Source of the DNA: Alphaproteobacteria bacterium
GTDB lineage: Bacteria > Pseudomonadota > Alphaproteobacteria > UBA828
Length of the DNA stretch: 64,000 nt
Direction of reading: 5' to 3'
Assembly: GCA_963667785.2 (NCBI GenBank)
Contig: CAXXMU010000001.1
Location: 192,001 to 256,000, forward strand
In this document: positions 45,617-56,356 of the stretch, piece by piece
Layout: each line of letters opens with the position of its first letter
Position numbering within the stretch: position 1 is the stretch's first letter
Position numbers and translations under genes: made by a program
Notes under the pieces: generated by a model
The model's database searches: none
Told to the model about the DNA's origin: nothing
The model's input: only the letters and a program-made list of their open reading frames with translations

Positions 45617-46231
45617 TCAGGGGGCGGTGCCGGCCGACACCTTCTCGATGACCACGGGCTCCTGCGGCACGTCGCTCGGGAACGGCCCGCCGGACCCGGT
45701 CTGCAGCGCGGCGATGCGGTCCACCGTCTCCATGCCGTCCACCACCCGGCCGAAGGCGGCATAGCCCCATCCTTGCGGGTTCTTGCCGCGATGGTTGAGG
45801 AAGTCGTTGTCGACGACGTTGATGAAGAACTGCGCGGTGGCGGAGTGGGGGTCGGCGGTGCGCGCCATGGCGATCGTCCCCCTGTCGTTGCCGGGCGCGT
45901 CCGGGGCCTCGTTCTGGATCGGCGCACCCGTGGGCTTCTGCTCGTAGCGCTCGGTATAGCCGCCGCCCTGGATCATGAAGCCCGCGATCACGCGGTGGAA
46001 GATGGTCCCGTCATAGTGGCCGTCGCGGACGTAGGCGAGGAAGTTCTCGACAGTCTCGGGCGCGGCCCCGGGCTCGAGCGCCACCGTAAAGGCGCCGTGG
46101 GTGGTCTCGAAGGTCACGCGCGGGCTTGCGCCCTCGTCGGCATGGCTCTCGGTCTGATCGGTCATCGTGGTTCCTATCGCGGCGGCGAGCGCGAGACATG
46201 CGAAGAGCCGCCGAACTCTGGGTGTGAACAA
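45617..46231 (-). CDS. Cyclophilin-type peptidyl-prolyl isomerase, exported
   Basis: [26 protein letters not shown]. Confidence 0.93.
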   Translation of the reverse strand: MFTPRVRRLFACLALAAAIGTTMTDQTESHADEGASPRVTFETTHGAFTVALEPGAAPETVENFLAYVRDGHYDGTIFHRVIAGFMIQGGGYTERYEQKPTGAPIQNEAPDAPGNDRGTIAMARTADPHSATAQFFINVVDNDFLNHRGKNPQGWGYAAFGRVVDGMETVDRIAALQTGSGGPFPSDVPQEPVVIEKVSAGTAP

Positions 46232-46343
46232 GGCTCCGCTCCCGAATCGTGATGGTACGCGCCGGCGCGCAGTCTACACGCCGCGTGCGGGGAAAGGACA
46301 GGCGCGCCCCGGCCGCCCCCGGTCGCCCTGCAGGGTCGCTTTC

Positions 46344-46372
46344 TTGACAGCATCCGGCGGCACCCGTAGCGT
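46344..46372 (+). promoter_or_regulatory. sigma70 promoter of the ABC operon
   Basis: TTGACA-N17-TAGCGT. Confidence 0.6.
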
Positions 46373-46429
46373 TTTTGCAGGTTGCACGTTTTGATCGGTC
46401 CGACACAGCCATAATCAGGGGAGGCACAT

Positions 46430-47854
46430 ATGCGGACATCAGACAGAGACAACCGGGCCTATGACAATGCGATAAAACGCATCAGGCACTTCCGCGAGCG
46501 GGAGCTGACCCGCCGCCAGGTGCTGAAGGCCTCGGCAGCGACGGCGCTGGGTGCGACGCTCGCGTCGCAGTTCGTGCCCAAGGAGGTGCACGCCGACGTC
46601 GGCGGCACCATCGTCCACTTCGCGTCGTCCGGGAAGCGGCTCGCCAACTCGCTCAGGGCGGTCAAGCCGCTCTTCGACAAGGTGTACCCGAACGTGACGC
46701 TCGAGGTCGTCTCGAAGCCGATGAGCGAGGCGTTGACCCAGATCAACACCTACATGCGCTCGAAGAGCGACGCCTTCGACGTCGTCACCCAGGACCACGC
46801 CCAGTTCGCGTCGCTCGACGCCATGGGCGCGCTGACCGACCTCGGCCCCTATCTGGAGCCGTTCCCGGACTGGCTCGCGGACTACAGGGAGGACGTGCCG
46901 GAGGCCTACCGGCACATGTGGAACCTGCCCAAGGGGCCGGCACCGCCAGGCTACATCGCAGCGCTGGCGCCCGACGGCAACGCGATGATGACGTTCTATC
47001 GCAAGGACGTCTTCGAGAAGGCGGGCATCCCCGTGCCGGAGACCTGGGACGACGTGATCGACGCCTGCAAGGAGATCCACGACCCGGACAACGAGCGCTA
47101 CGCCTACTGCGCGGCGATGGCGCGCAACTTCTGGGCCGGCTACCAGTACTACGGTTCGCTTCGCAGCATGGGCGGCGACGTCTTCGCGGACGAGGCCAAC
47201 CAGGACTGGACGGTGGCGATCAATACCGAGGAGGGCTTCCAGGCGCTCAAGGTGCTGGTCGATCTCCAGAAGTACGCCCACCCCGTCTCCGCCAACGCCG
47301 GCGAGGACGAGGTCAACCTGGTGTTCGCCCAGGGCACGGCGCTCTACAGCCCGCTCACCTGGGGCACGGCGGTGCTCAACGACCCGACCTACACCGACCT
47401 GCACGAGCACTGGCACATGGACCTCTCGCCGAGAGGCACCGGGCCCAAGGGCGGGCACCGCGCGCTTACCGGCGGCTTCGGCCAGTTCATGCCGACCTGG
47501 GGCGGCAACCGGGAGACCGCGTTCGCCTGGATCAAGTTCCTCAACTCGGGCGATCGCGAGGATCTCGACGGCAGTCCGCTCATCGCCGATGCGATCGTGG
47601 GTGCCGGTGGCCAGCTCTCGCGGCGTTCCACGCTCAGCCGCTGGGCCGACCGCAAGCCCTTCTTCGTCGGCCTGATGAAGGCCTATCCGGTCTGCGTCGT
47701 GAACGCGCCGGTGATCCCGGAGGCGTACTCCATCATGGGCGCCATGGGCGAAGAGGTGGCCGACGCGGTCAACGAGGAGCAGAGCATCGAGGATGCGCTC
47801 GCCGCCATGGACAAGCGGGTCAAGCGCATCATGGAGGACGCCGGCTACGCTTAG
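46430..47854 (+). CDS. Carbohydrate ABC substrate-binding protein (Tat signal)
   Basis: TRRQVLK; YRKD.F...PETWD. Confidence 0.88.
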   Translation: MRTSDRDNRAYDNAIKRIRHFRERELTRRQVLKASAATALGATLASQFVPKEVHADVGGTIVHFASSGKRLANSLRAVKPLFDKVYPNVTLEVVSKPMSEALTQINTYMRSKSDAFDVVTQDHAQFASLDAMGALTDLGPYLEPFPDWLADYREDVPEAYRHMWNLPKGPAPPGYIAALAPDGNAMMTFYRKDVFEKAGIPVPETWDDVIDACKEIHDPDNERYAYCAAMARNFWAGYQYYGSLRSMGGDVFADEANQDWTVAINTEEGFQALKVLVDLQKYAHPVSANAGEDEVNLVFAQGTALYSPLTWGTAVLNDPTYTDLHEHWHMDLSPRGTGPKGGHRALTGGFGQFMPTWGGNRETAFAWIKFLNSGDREDLDGSPLIADAIVGAGGQLSRRSTLSRWADRKPFFVGLMKAYPVCVVNAPVIPEAYSIMGAMGEEVADAVNEEQSIEDALAAMDKRVKRIMEDAGYA

Positions 47855-47897
47855 GAGCCGCGGTGTGTGAGGCCAGGGGCTCCCCGGAGCCTCGGGC

Positions 47898-48863
47898 GTG
47901 ACCGCTGTTACCGTTGAGGCCCGGCCGCCGCGCGCGGCCGGGCCGTCCGGTCCGCTGCGCCCGGGGGCCGTGGCGCGTCAGCAGCGGCGCACGGCCTACC
48001 TGCTGCTCGCGCCCTGCGTGATCATCCTGCTGGCGCTCGCGATCTTTCCGCTGATCTTCTCAGGCACGCTCTCCTTCAAGGTCGATTCTCTCTACAACCC
48101 GGACATCGCCCGCTTCGTCGGGTGGCGCAACTACAACGACCTGTTCGACGACCGCCGCTTCTGGAACAGCATCGAGCTCACGGTGATGTGGTCCGCCATC
48201 GTCGTCTCGATCCAGATGGTGCTCGGCTTCTTCCTTGCGGTGCTGCTGGACCGCAAGATGCGGGGGGCCGGGCTGCTGCGCACCCTCATCATCATCCCGG
48301 TGTTCGTCTCGCCCATCGCCATGGGGCTCACCTGGCGCTTCATCTTCGAGCCGGTCTCGGGCCTCGCCAACTGGATCCTCAACACCGGCTTCGGCCTGGA
48401 GAAGTGGACCTGGCTCTCGCACAAGGACACCGCGCTGGCGACGCTGATGTTCGTCGACTGCTGGCAGTGGACGCCCTTCATCGCGCTGATCCTGCTCGCC
48501 GGCATGCAGAGCATCTCGCCGGAAATAACGGAGGCGGCGCGGCTCGACCGGGTGCGCGGCATCACCTACTACTGGCGCATCGTCATTCCGCTGATCCGCC
48601 CGGTCATCATGGTCGTGATCCTGATCCGGCTGGTGGATTCGATCCGCATCTTCGATCTCAACTTCATCATGACCAAGGGCGGGCCGGGATCGTCGACGCT
48701 GCTCGCCAGCGTCTATGACTACACCATCTTCGAGCAGGGCCATCTCGGCCTGATGGCGGCCTACGGGTTCCTGATCCTGATCCTGATCAACATCGTCGTG
48801 CTCGCCTTCCTCAACACGCTCTACCGAACGGAGAAGGCGGCGCGTGCCGCCGATGCGCCATGA
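47898..48863 (+). CDS. Carbohydrate ABC permease
   Basis: EAA.LD loop, TKGGPG. Confidence 0.9.
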   Translation: MTAVTVEARPPRAAGPSGPLRPGAVARQQRRTAYLLLAPCVIILLALAIFPLIFSGTLSFKVDSLYNPDIARFVGWRNYNDLFDDRRFWNSIELTVMWSAIVVSIQMVLGFFLAVLLDRKMRGAGLLRTLIIIPVFVSPIAMGLTWRFIFEPVSGLANWILNTGFGLEKWTWLSHKDTALATLMFVDCWQWTPFIALILLAGMQSISPEITEAARLDRVRGITYYWRIVIPLIRPVIMVVILIRLVDSIRIFDLNFIMTKGGPGSSTLLASVYDYTIFEQGHLGLMAAYGFLILILINIVVLAFLNTLYRTEKAARAADAP

Positions 48864-49681
48864 TGTCGTCGATCTACATGCGCGCGATCAACGTGCTCGC
48901 GGTCGTCGTCGTCGTCGTCTGGCTGATCCCGGTGGCGTGGGTGGCGATCACCTCGATCAAGCCCACCAACGTCATCAATGCCGAGACCCCCACCTTCTAC
49001 TCGTTCGAGCCGACCGGCGAGCACTATGTCGAGATCTTCGACCGCTTCCGCTTCGACCGCGCCATCGCGAACAGTTTGATCACGGTCGGGGTGTCCACGC
49101 TGATCGTGATGATTCTGGCGCTCCCGGCGGCCTACGCGGTCGCGCGCATGGGGCTCATGGGGGGCGATACCTGGGCCCTTGTCATATTGTCATTGCGGTT
49201 CCTGCCGGGCGTGGTCGTCGTGCTGCCCTACTTCAAGATGGCCACCTGGTTCAGCCTGATCGACACGCAGATCGTGCTCATCGTCGTCTATGTCGCCTTC
49301 GGTCTGCCGTTCGCGGTCTGGATTCTGCGCGGATTCCTGCTGGATTTGCCGAAGGAGGTGGAGGAGGCGGCCCGGCTCGACGGGCTGAGCTGGCTGCAGA
49401 TCATCTTCCGGCTGATTCTGCCCATGGCGGCGCCCGGTATCGCGGTGACGGCCATCTTCACCTTTGTCTTCAGCTGGAACGAGTATCTCTACGCGCTGTT
49501 CCTCACCTACGACAGCGCGACGACCATGCCGGTCGCGCTGCAGAAGACCATCGACCTCTACAACGTGCTGTGGGGTTCGCTCAGCGCCGGCGCGGTGATA
49601 CAGCTGTTGCCGATGATCGCCGTCGTCTTCCTGCTCCAGCGACACATCGCGCGCGGGCTCGCGCTCGGCGCGGTGAAGTAG
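48860..49681 (+). CDS. Carbohydrate ABC permease
   Basis: EEAARLDG, WNEY, GAVK end. Confidence 0.9.
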   Translation: MMSSIYMRAINVLAVVVVVVWLIPVAWVAITSIKPTNVINAETPTFYSFEPTGEHYVEIFDRFRFDRAIANSLITVGVSTLIVMILALPAAYAVARMGLMGGDTWALVILSLRFLPGVVVVLPYFKMATWFSLIDTQIVLIVVYVAFGLPFAVWILRGFLLDLPKEVEEAARLDGLSWLQIIFRLILPMAAPGIAVTAIFTFVFSWNEYLYALFLTYDSATTMPVALQKTIDLYNVLWGSLSAGAVIQLLPMIAVVFLLQRHIARGLALGAVK

Positions 49682-49688
49682 GGCCGCC

Positions 49689-50786
49689 ATGAACGTCACG
49701 CTCAGAGGACTGGTGAAGCGGTTCCGCGACGGCACCGAGGCCGTGAAGGGGATCGACCTCGACATCGCCAAGGGCGAGTTCCTGACCCTGCTGGGGCCGT
49801 CTGGCTGCGGCAAGACGACCACGCTCCGTCTCATCGCGGGCCTGGAGGAGCCGACCGAGGGCTCCATCGCCATCGGCGAGCGCGACGTCACCCACGTCAA
49901 TCCGGGCGACCGCGATGTGGCGATGGTGTTCCAGACCTACGCGCTCTATCCTCACATGACGGCGCTGCAGAACATGACGCTCGGCCTCACGGTCGCAGGC
50001 ATGTCCAAGGCGGAGGCGGCGGAGAAGGCGCGCGAGACGGCGCGGCTCCTCAACATCGAGCCGCTGCTCGACCGCAAGCCGGCCAAGCTCTCCGGCGGCG
50101 AGCGCCAGCGCGTCGCCCTCGGCCGCGCCATGGTGCGCAGCCCCGCCTGCTACCTGATGGACGAGCCGCTGTCGAACCTCGACCTCAAGCTGCGCGAGCA
50201 CATGCGGACCGAGCTGAAACGCCTCCACCAGGCCTACAAGGTCACCACCATCTACGTGACCCACGACCAGGCCGAGGCGCTGATCCTGTCCGACCGCGTG
50301 GCCGTGCTCAACAAGGGCGAGGTCCAGCAGGTGGCCGATCCGGTGGCGATCTACGAGCGCCCCGTCAACATGTTCGTCGCCGATTTCATCGGCAGCCCCG
50401 GCATCAACTTCCTGAGCGGCGCGCTCGGCGGGGGCGCGGTCAGCGTCGCCGGCAAGCCGCTCGACGGCGTGGACATCGCTGCAGGCGCAGGCGACGCGGG
50501 CGCGATCGTTCTCGGCATCCGGCCCGAGGACGTGCGCCTGCAGGAGGCCGGCGCCGGCCTCATCGACGGCACCATCGAGTTCACGGAATCCTATGGCGGC
50601 GTCATCATTGCCTTCATCGCGGTGGACGGCGCCGACGGCCTGCTGGTCAACCGCGAATACGTGGCGGCGAGCATCGACGTTCACGAGCGCGTCACCGTCG
50701 GCGCCCGGGTGGGCCTCGCTTTCCGCGCGAGCCGGATCACGCTCTTCGACGCCGAGTCCGGGCGGTCGCTGCACCCGGCGGGATGA
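49689..50786 (+). CDS. MalK-like ABC ATPase
   Basis: GPSGCGKT, LSGGERQR, DEPLSNLD. Confidence 0.93.
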   Translation: MNVTLRGLVKRFRDGTEAVKGIDLDIAKGEFLTLLGPSGCGKTTTLRLIAGLEEPTEGSIAIGERDVTHVNPGDRDVAMVFQTYALYPHMTALQNMTLGLTVAGMSKAEAAEKARETARLLNIEPLLDRKPAKLSGGERQRVALGRAMVRSPACYLMDEPLSNLDLKLREHMRTELKRLHQAYKVTTIYVTHDQAEALILSDRVAVLNKGEVQQVADPVAIYERPVNMFVADFIGSPGINFLSGALGGGAVSVAGKPLDGVDIAAGAGDAGAIVLGIRPEDVRLQEAGAGLIDGTIEFTESYGGVIIAFIAVDGADGLLVNREYVAASIDVHERVTVGARVGLAFRASRITLFDAESGRSLHPAG

Positions 50787-50792
50787 GCGGTC

Positions 50793-50860
50793 GCCCGATG
50801 GCGGGCGCGGATAGGTGAGCCCGATGGCGGGCGCGGAATCGTGAGTCCGACGGCGGGCGC
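50793..50860. repeat. ~2.6 copies of a 26-bp tandem repeat
   Basis: GCCCGATGGCGGGCGCGGATAGGTGA / GCCCGATGGCGGGCGCGGAATCGTGA / GTCCGACGGCGGGCGC. Confidence 0.8.
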
Positions 50861-50878
50861 TCGGGCAGCGCGGACGCG

Positions 50879-52816
50879 ATGACGCGGCGCGAACGGCGGC
50901 GAGCACGGAGCCGAGCCGGCGGTGCCGGCAGTGCCGGCCCGGCCGCGGCCGGTCCGGTGGACGACATGCTCCGGGCCGCGTTCGCCCATCACCGGGCAGG
51001 GCGGGCGGAGGCAGCGGCGGCGCTCTACGAGCGGGTGCTGCAACAGAACCCCGGCCATGCCGACGCCCTGCATCTCTACGGCGTGCTCCACGCCCAGGCG
51101 GGCCGGCTGGAGACGGCGCTGCCGCTCCTGACCAGGGCCGCGCGCCGGGCGCCGCGCAACGCCGGCTTCCTGAGCGATCTCGGCAACGTCCTGAGACGCC
51201 TCGGCCGCCTCGACGAGGCGCTGGCCCGCTACCGCCGCGCGGCCTCGCTCGACCCCGGCAACGCCGACATTCCCTACAATGCCGGCCACGCGCTGCGTGC
51301 CGCCGGCCGCCCGGCCGAGGCGACGGCCTGGTTCGAGAGGGCGCTCGCGATCCGGCCCGATCACGGGCCGGCGCTGTCGCAGCTCGGTCTCGCCCTGCTG
51401 GAGGAGGGACGGACCGAGGAGGCGGTGGCGGCGCTCAGGCAGGCGCTTGCGGTGGACGAGGGGGCCGCGAACGCCCATTCCGACCTCGGCAACGCGCTGC
51501 GCGAGAGCGGCGCGCTCGACGAGGCCGAAGCGAGCCTCAGGCGTGCCGTCGCCCTCGAGCCCGCCCATGCCGCGGCCCACGCTAATCTCGGCAACGTGCT
51601 GCAGGACCTCCACCGCCTGGAGGAGGCCGAGGCCGCCTATCGCCAAGCCATCGATCTCGACCCCGAACACGCGGCGGCGCACGCCAACCTCGGCAACGCG
51701 CTGAAGCGTCTCGGCCGCACCGAGGCGGCGGCGGCGAGCGTGGAGCGCGCGCTTGCGCTCAAGCCCGACAATGCCACCTATCGCGCCAATCTCGGCATGA
51801 TCCACGTGGCCCGGAGCGACAGGGGCACGGCGCTCGCCTGCCTCGGCCGCGCTGCCGCGTTGCGCCACGGGCCGCCGCTCGCGCCCGCCGCGCTCGCGCG
51901 CGGAAAGGAGGAGAGGCCGGCAGTCCCGGTGGCGCCCTTCAAGCTCCAGCACGACGCCGAGCAGATCCGCTGGCTCTGCCGTGAGGGCGGCCTGGATGCG
52001 TCCTTCGGCCGTATCGCGGAGAGCTACGAGACGCTGCTGGCCGCGCTGCCCCCGGATGCGCCGCCCGAGGAGCCGATCGCGCTCGAGGCCGCGGACTGGC
52101 GGCGAATCCGGGCGGTCTACAACCGCCCGCTCCATCTGCCCGGGGCGCCGGCAGCGGCGGCGGGCGCCCTCAACCCCGACCTCGACGCCGACGAGATCGA
52201 GAGGACCTGGCGCGAGAGCACCCCCAATCTGGTGGTGGTAGACGATTTCCTGTCGAGGGACGCGCTGGAACGGCTCTGGCGCTTCTGCCTCGATGCCACG
52301 GTCTGGTACCAGGTGAAGCGCGGCTATCTCGGCGCCTATCTCGTGGACGGCTTTGGCACGGCGCTCGCGCTGCAGATCGCGGACGAGTTCAGGACCCGGC
52401 TCCCCGGCATCTTCGGCTCCCATCGGCTGGAGCAGCTCTGGGCCTACAAGTACGATTCCCGGCTGCAGGGAATCGCCACTCATGCCGACTTCGCCGCCGT
52501 CAACGTCAACTTCTGGGTGACCCCCGACGAGGCCAATTGCGATGCGGCCTCCGGCGGGCTGGTGGTGCACACCGCCCACGCGCCCACCGACTGGGCCTTC
52601 CGCACGTATAACGCCGACAGCGCCCGCATGGCGCGCTTTCTCGAAGAGGCCGGCAGCGAGCCGGTGACGGTGCCCTATCGGCGGAACCGGGTCGTGATCT
52701 TCGATTCCGATCTCTTCCACCGCACCGACGATCTCGACTTCCGGCCGGGCTACGAGAACCGGCGCATCAACGTCACGATGCTCTTCGGCGACCGCAGCGA
52801 GCGCAGACCGCGCTAG
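50879..52816 (+). CDS. TPR-repeat protein with a C-terminal 2OG-Fe(II) oxygenase-like domain
   Basis: About 8 TPRs; HAD...FH...RR.N motifs. Confidence 0.82.
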   Translation: MTRRERRRARSRAGGAGSAGPAAAGPVDDMLRAAFAHHRAGRAEAAAALYERVLQQNPGHADALHLYGVLHAQAGRLETALPLLTRAARRAPRNAGFLSDLGNVLRRLGRLDEALARYRRAASLDPGNADIPYNAGHALRAAGRPAEATAWFERALAIRPDHGPALSQLGLALLEEGRTEEAVAALRQALAVDEGAANAHSDLGNALRESGALDEAEASLRRAVALEPAHAAAHANLGNVLQDLHRLEEAEAAYRQAIDLDPEHAAAHANLGNALKRLGRTEAAAASVERALALKPDNATYRANLGMIHVARSDRGTALACLGRAAALRHGPPLAPAALARGKEERPAVPVAPFKLQHDAEQIRWLCREGGLDASFGRIAESYETLLAALPPDAPPEEPIALEAADWRRIRAVYNRPLHLPGAPAAAAGALNPDLDADEIERTWRESTPNLVVVDDFLSRDALERLWRFCLDATVWYQVKRGYLGAYLVDGFGTALALQIADEFRTRLPGIFGSHRLEQLWAYKYDSRLQGIATHADFAAVNVNFWVTPDEANCDAASGGLVVHTAHAPTDWAFRTYNADSARMARFLEEAGSEPVTVPYRRNRVVIFDSDLFHRTDDLDFRPGYENRRINVTMLFGDRSERRPR

Positions 52817-52859
52817 ACATGGCCGCAGGCAGGACCCACATAGGGCGCGGAGAGAGCGC

Positions 52860-54218
52860 ATGAGTGATGACCACCGGGCGATCGAGGCCTGGCTCAGAGA
52901 GCGGAACATCGTCGAGGTCGAGTGCATGGTGCCGGACCTCGCGGGCGTTCCGCGCGGCAAGATCCTGCCCACGGACAAGTTCATCGAGGGCCTCGGCGGC
53001 GGCCAGCACCGGCTGCCCAAGAACGTGCTCGTGCATACGCTCACCGGCGACTTCCCGCCGGCCGGCGCCGTCTCAGTCGACGCGAGCGACGGCGACCTCG
53101 TGATGGAGCCGGACCCGGCGACGCTCGCGCTCGTCCCCTGGTACGACGAGCCCACCGCGCAGGTGATCTGCGACTGCGTGCTGCGTGACGGCGGACACTC
53201 GCCCTTCTATTCGCGCCGTGTGCTCGCCGGCCTGCTCGAGCGCTTCGGCGAGCGCGGCTGGCACCCGGTCATCGCGCCGGAGATCGAGTTCTACCTGGTG
53301 GAGAAGAACACGGATCCCGACCAGCCGCTGAAGCCGCCGATCGGCGCCTCCGGCCGGCGCGAGGCGGGGCGCCAGGAGTTCGGCATCGACGCGGTCAACG
53401 AGTTCGATCCCTTCTTCGTGGACCTCTACGACTATTGCGAGAGCCAGGGGCTGGACATCGACACGCTCAACCACGAGAGCGGGGCGGGCCAGGTGGAGAT
53501 CAACTTCCGCCACGGCGACGCGCTCAGGCTCGCCGACCAGGTGTTCGTCTTCAAGCGCACGGTGCGCCAGACCGCGCAGCGCCACGGCTTCTACGCGACC
53601 TTCATGGCGAAGCCGATGCAGGGCGAGCCGGGCAGCGCCATGCACGTCCACCAGTCAGTCTACGAGGGGCCCGAGCGGCGCCCGCTCTTCTCCGATGGCG
53701 ACGGGGCCGAGTCGGCGGCGTTTCGCCACTATCTCGGCGGGTTGCAGCGTTTCCTGCCGGTGTTCACGCCGCTGATGGCGCCCAACGTCAACTCGTACCG
53801 CCGGCTCCGCTTCGGCGCGAGCAAGCCGTTCAACGTCGGCTGGGGCTACGACAACCGCATCGCCGGGCTGCGCGTTCCCGACGCGGCACCCCGGAACCGC
53901 CGGGTCGAGAACCGCCTGCCGGGCTCGGACACCAACCCCTATCTCACCATCGCGGCCACGCTCGGCGCGGGCCTCCTCGGCATGATGCAGGCGCTGGAGC
54001 CGTCGCGTCCGGTCACGGGCGATACCACCGAAGGCTTCGAGACGCTGCCTCTCGACCTCAGGACCGCGCTTGAGCAGTTCGAGTCCTCGGCCGAGGCCAA
54101 GGACATGTTCGGCGAGCGCTTCGTGAGCGGCTTCACCGAGGTGGTCCGCGCCGAGTACGACGCCTATCTGCGCGTCGTGAGCTCGTGGGAGCGCAAGTTC
54201 CTCCTGCTCGCCGTCTGA
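52860..54218 (+). CDS. puuA: Gamma-glutamylpolyamine synthetase (GS family)
   Basis: RGK, EIEFY, HESG.GQ.E, MAKP...GS.MH.H, ENR; adjacent to puuB and pot genes. Confidence 0.78.
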   Translation: MSDDHRAIEAWLRERNIVEVECMVPDLAGVPRGKILPTDKFIEGLGGGQHRLPKNVLVHTLTGDFPPAGAVSVDASDGDLVMEPDPATLALVPWYDEPTAQVICDCVLRDGGHSPFYSRRVLAGLLERFGERGWHPVIAPEIEFYLVEKNTDPDQPLKPPIGASGRREAGRQEFGIDAVNEFDPFFVDLYDYCESQGLDIDTLNHESGAGQVEINFRHGDALRLADQVFVFKRTVRQTAQRHGFYATFMAKPMQGEPGSAMHVHQSVYEGPERRPLFSDGDGAESAAFRHYLGGLQRFLPVFTPLMAPNVNSYRRLRFGASKPFNVGWGYDNRIAGLRVPDAAPRNRRVENRLPGSDTNPYLTIAATLGAGLLGMMQALEPSRPVTGDTTEGFETLPLDLRTALEQFESSAEAKDMFGERFVSGFTEVVRAEYDAYLRVVSSWERKFLLLAV

Positions 54219-55528
54219 TGGGCACGCGCGAGCGCGCCCGGCGCTACGCCCAGCACGACGGCGCGGCCCCCACCTGGTACGAGGCGAGCGCGCGGGCGCG
54301 ACCTGCCTGGCCCGCACTCGACGGCGACCTGCGCGCGGACGTCTGCGTCATCGGCGGTGGCTATACCGGCCTCTCCTGCGCTCTCCATCTCGCCGAGCGC
54401 GGCTACGATACCCTGCTGCTGGAGGCGCGACGCATCGGCAACGGCGCCTCCGGCCGCAATGGCGGCCAGCTCGGCAGCGGGCACCGGCGCGACCAGTCCA
54501 CCCTGGAGCGGGAGCTCGGCGCTGAGCCGGCGCGTCTCCTCTGGTCGCTCGCCGAGGAGGCGAAGGCGCTGGTGCGCACGCGCATCGCCCGGCACGGGAT
54601 CGCCTGCGACCTGAAGCCCGGCATCGCCATCGCCGCGCACCGCCCGCGCTACGCCCGCGAGCTCGCCCGCGAGGCGGCGCGTCTGCGGGACGTATACGGC
54701 TATGACGAGATCGACGTGCTCGACCACGCGGGCATGCGCGCCGAAGTGGAGTCCGAGGATTTCTGCGGCGGCCTGCTCGACCGCGGTGCGGGCCATCTGC
54801 ACCCGCTCGACTATGCGCTGGGCCTCGCCCGCGCGGCCGCCGACGCCGGCGTCGACATCCGCGAGGGCACGCCCGTCACCGGGCTCGTGCCCGGCGCGCC
54901 CTGCCGGGTCCGGGCCGGGCCGCACACGGTGAGCGCGGATGCGGTCGTGCTCGCCTGCAACGGCTATCTCGACGCGCTCGACCCCGGCATCGGCGGCGGC
55001 GTCATGCCGATCAACAACTTCATCCTGGCGACCGAGCCGCTGGGCGAGGAGCGCGCAAGGGCGCTGATCCCGCGCGACGTCGCCGTGGTCGATACGCGCT
55101 TCGTGGTGAACTACTTCCGCCTCTCGGCCGACCGGCGCCTCCTCTTCGGCGGCGGCGAGAAGGCGAGCACGCGCCTCCCGGCCGATCCCGGCCCCCTCGT
55201 GCGGCGCTGCATGCTGCGCATCTTCCCGCAGCTCGCCGATGTGCGCGTCGACCATGCCTGGGGCGGCACTCTCGCCATCACCTGGACGCGGATGCCGAGC
55301 ATCGGCAGGCTGCCGGGCGGGCTCTACTACGCGCAAGGCTATTCGGGCCACGGCGTGGCGCTCGCGACGCTTGGCGGCGCGCTGGTGGCCGAGGCGATCT
55401 GCGGCACGCTCGAGCGCTTCGATGTCTTCGCCCGGCTGCCGCACCGGCCCTTCCCCGGAGGCGCGCTCCTGCGCTGGCCAACGCTCGCGCTCGCGCTCGC
55501 CTACGGAGCGCTGCGCGACCGGCTGTGA
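54218..55528 (+). CDS. puuB: Gamma-glutamylputrescine oxidase-like FAD oxidoreductase
   Basis: GGGYTG, GASGRNGG, GYSGHGV. Confidence 0.8.
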   Translation: MGTRERARRYAQHDGAAPTWYEASARARPAWPALDGDLRADVCVIGGGYTGLSCALHLAERGYDTLLLEARRIGNGASGRNGGQLGSGHRRDQSTLERELGAEPARLLWSLAEEAKALVRTRIARHGIACDLKPGIAIAAHRPRYARELAREAARLRDVYGYDEIDVLDHAGMRAEVESEDFCGGLLDRGAGHLHPLDYALGLARAAADAGVDIREGTPVTGLVPGAPCRVRAGPHTVSADAVVLACNGYLDALDPGIGGGVMPINNFILATEPLGEERARALIPRDVAVVDTRFVVNYFRLSADRRLLFGGGEKASTRLPADPGPLVRRCMLRIFPQLADVRVDHAWGGTLAITWTRMPSIGRLPGGLYYAQGYSGHGVALATLGGALVAEAICGTLERFDVFARLPHRPFPGGALLRWPTLALALAYGALRDRL

Positions 55529-55538
55529 GAGGCGCAGG

Positions 55539-56351
55539 TCAGACGGCCTGCTGCGCCTCCCGTTCGCGCACGACCATGGCGCGCTTGTTGATGAGGCTCG
55601 CGGCAATGACGCCCGTGGCGACGATCCCCACCAGCACCGTGGAGACCGCGTTGATCTCCGGCGTCACGCCGAGGCGCACCTGGGAATAGATCTTCATCGG
55701 CAGCGTCGTCGAGCCGGGGCCGCTGGTGAAGGACGCGATCACCAGATCGTCGAGGGAGAGGGTGAAGGCCAGCAGCCAGCCGGCGACCAGCGCGGGGCTG
55801 ATGACCGGCAGCGTGACGGCGAAGAAGGTCCGGACCGGCGGCGCGCCGAGGTCCATCGCCGCCTCCTCCAGCGAGCGGTCCATGGTGAGCAGCCGCGACT
55901 GCACCACCACGGCGACGTAGGCCATCGAGAAGGTGATGTGGGCGACCGTCACGGTCCAGTAGCCGCGCGCCCAGGAGAGCGCGACGAAGAGCAGAAGCAT
56001 TGCGAGCCCGGTGATCACCTCCGGCATGACCAGCGGCGCGTAGACCATGCCGGAGAAGAGCGTGCGGCCGGGGAAGCGCCCGAGCCGCGCCAGCGCGAGG
56101 CCCGCGAGCGTGCCGAGTACCAGCGCCACGGTCGACGAGACGAAGGCGACCTTCAGCGTCATCCAGGCGGCGTCGAGCAGCAGCTCGTTCTCCACCATCG
56201 CGGCGTACCACTTGGTGGAGAATCCGGCCCACACGGTCACCAACTTCGATTCGTTGAAGGAGTAGATGATGAGCAGAAGAATCGGGATGTAGAGGAAGGC
56301 GAAGCCCAAAGTGAGCGCCGCCAGGTTGACCCCGCTGAGCCCCCGCCGCAT
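55539..56351 (-). CDS. potI: Putrescine ABC permease
   Basis: FLYIP, PLVMPEVI, EEAAMDLGA, SLDD. Confidence 0.88.
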   Translation of the reverse strand: MRRGLSGVNLAALTLGFAFLYIPILLLIIYSFNESKLVTVWAGFSTKWYAAMVENELLLDAAWMTLKVAFVSSTVALVLGTLAGLALARLGRFPGRTLFSGMVYAPLVMPEVITGLAMLLLFVALSWARGYWTVTVAHITFSMAYVAVVVQSRLLTMDRSLEEAAMDLGAPPVRTFFAVTLPVISPALVAGWLLAFTLSLDDLVIASFTSGPGSTTLPMKIYSQVRLGVTPEINAVSTVLVGIVATGVIAASLINKRAMVVREREAQQAV

Positions 56352-56356
56352 CGGGC

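Noticed and set aside
50793-50860. CRISPR-like repeat
   Set aside because: Units are directly adjacent with no spacers, there are under three copies, and no cas genes are present
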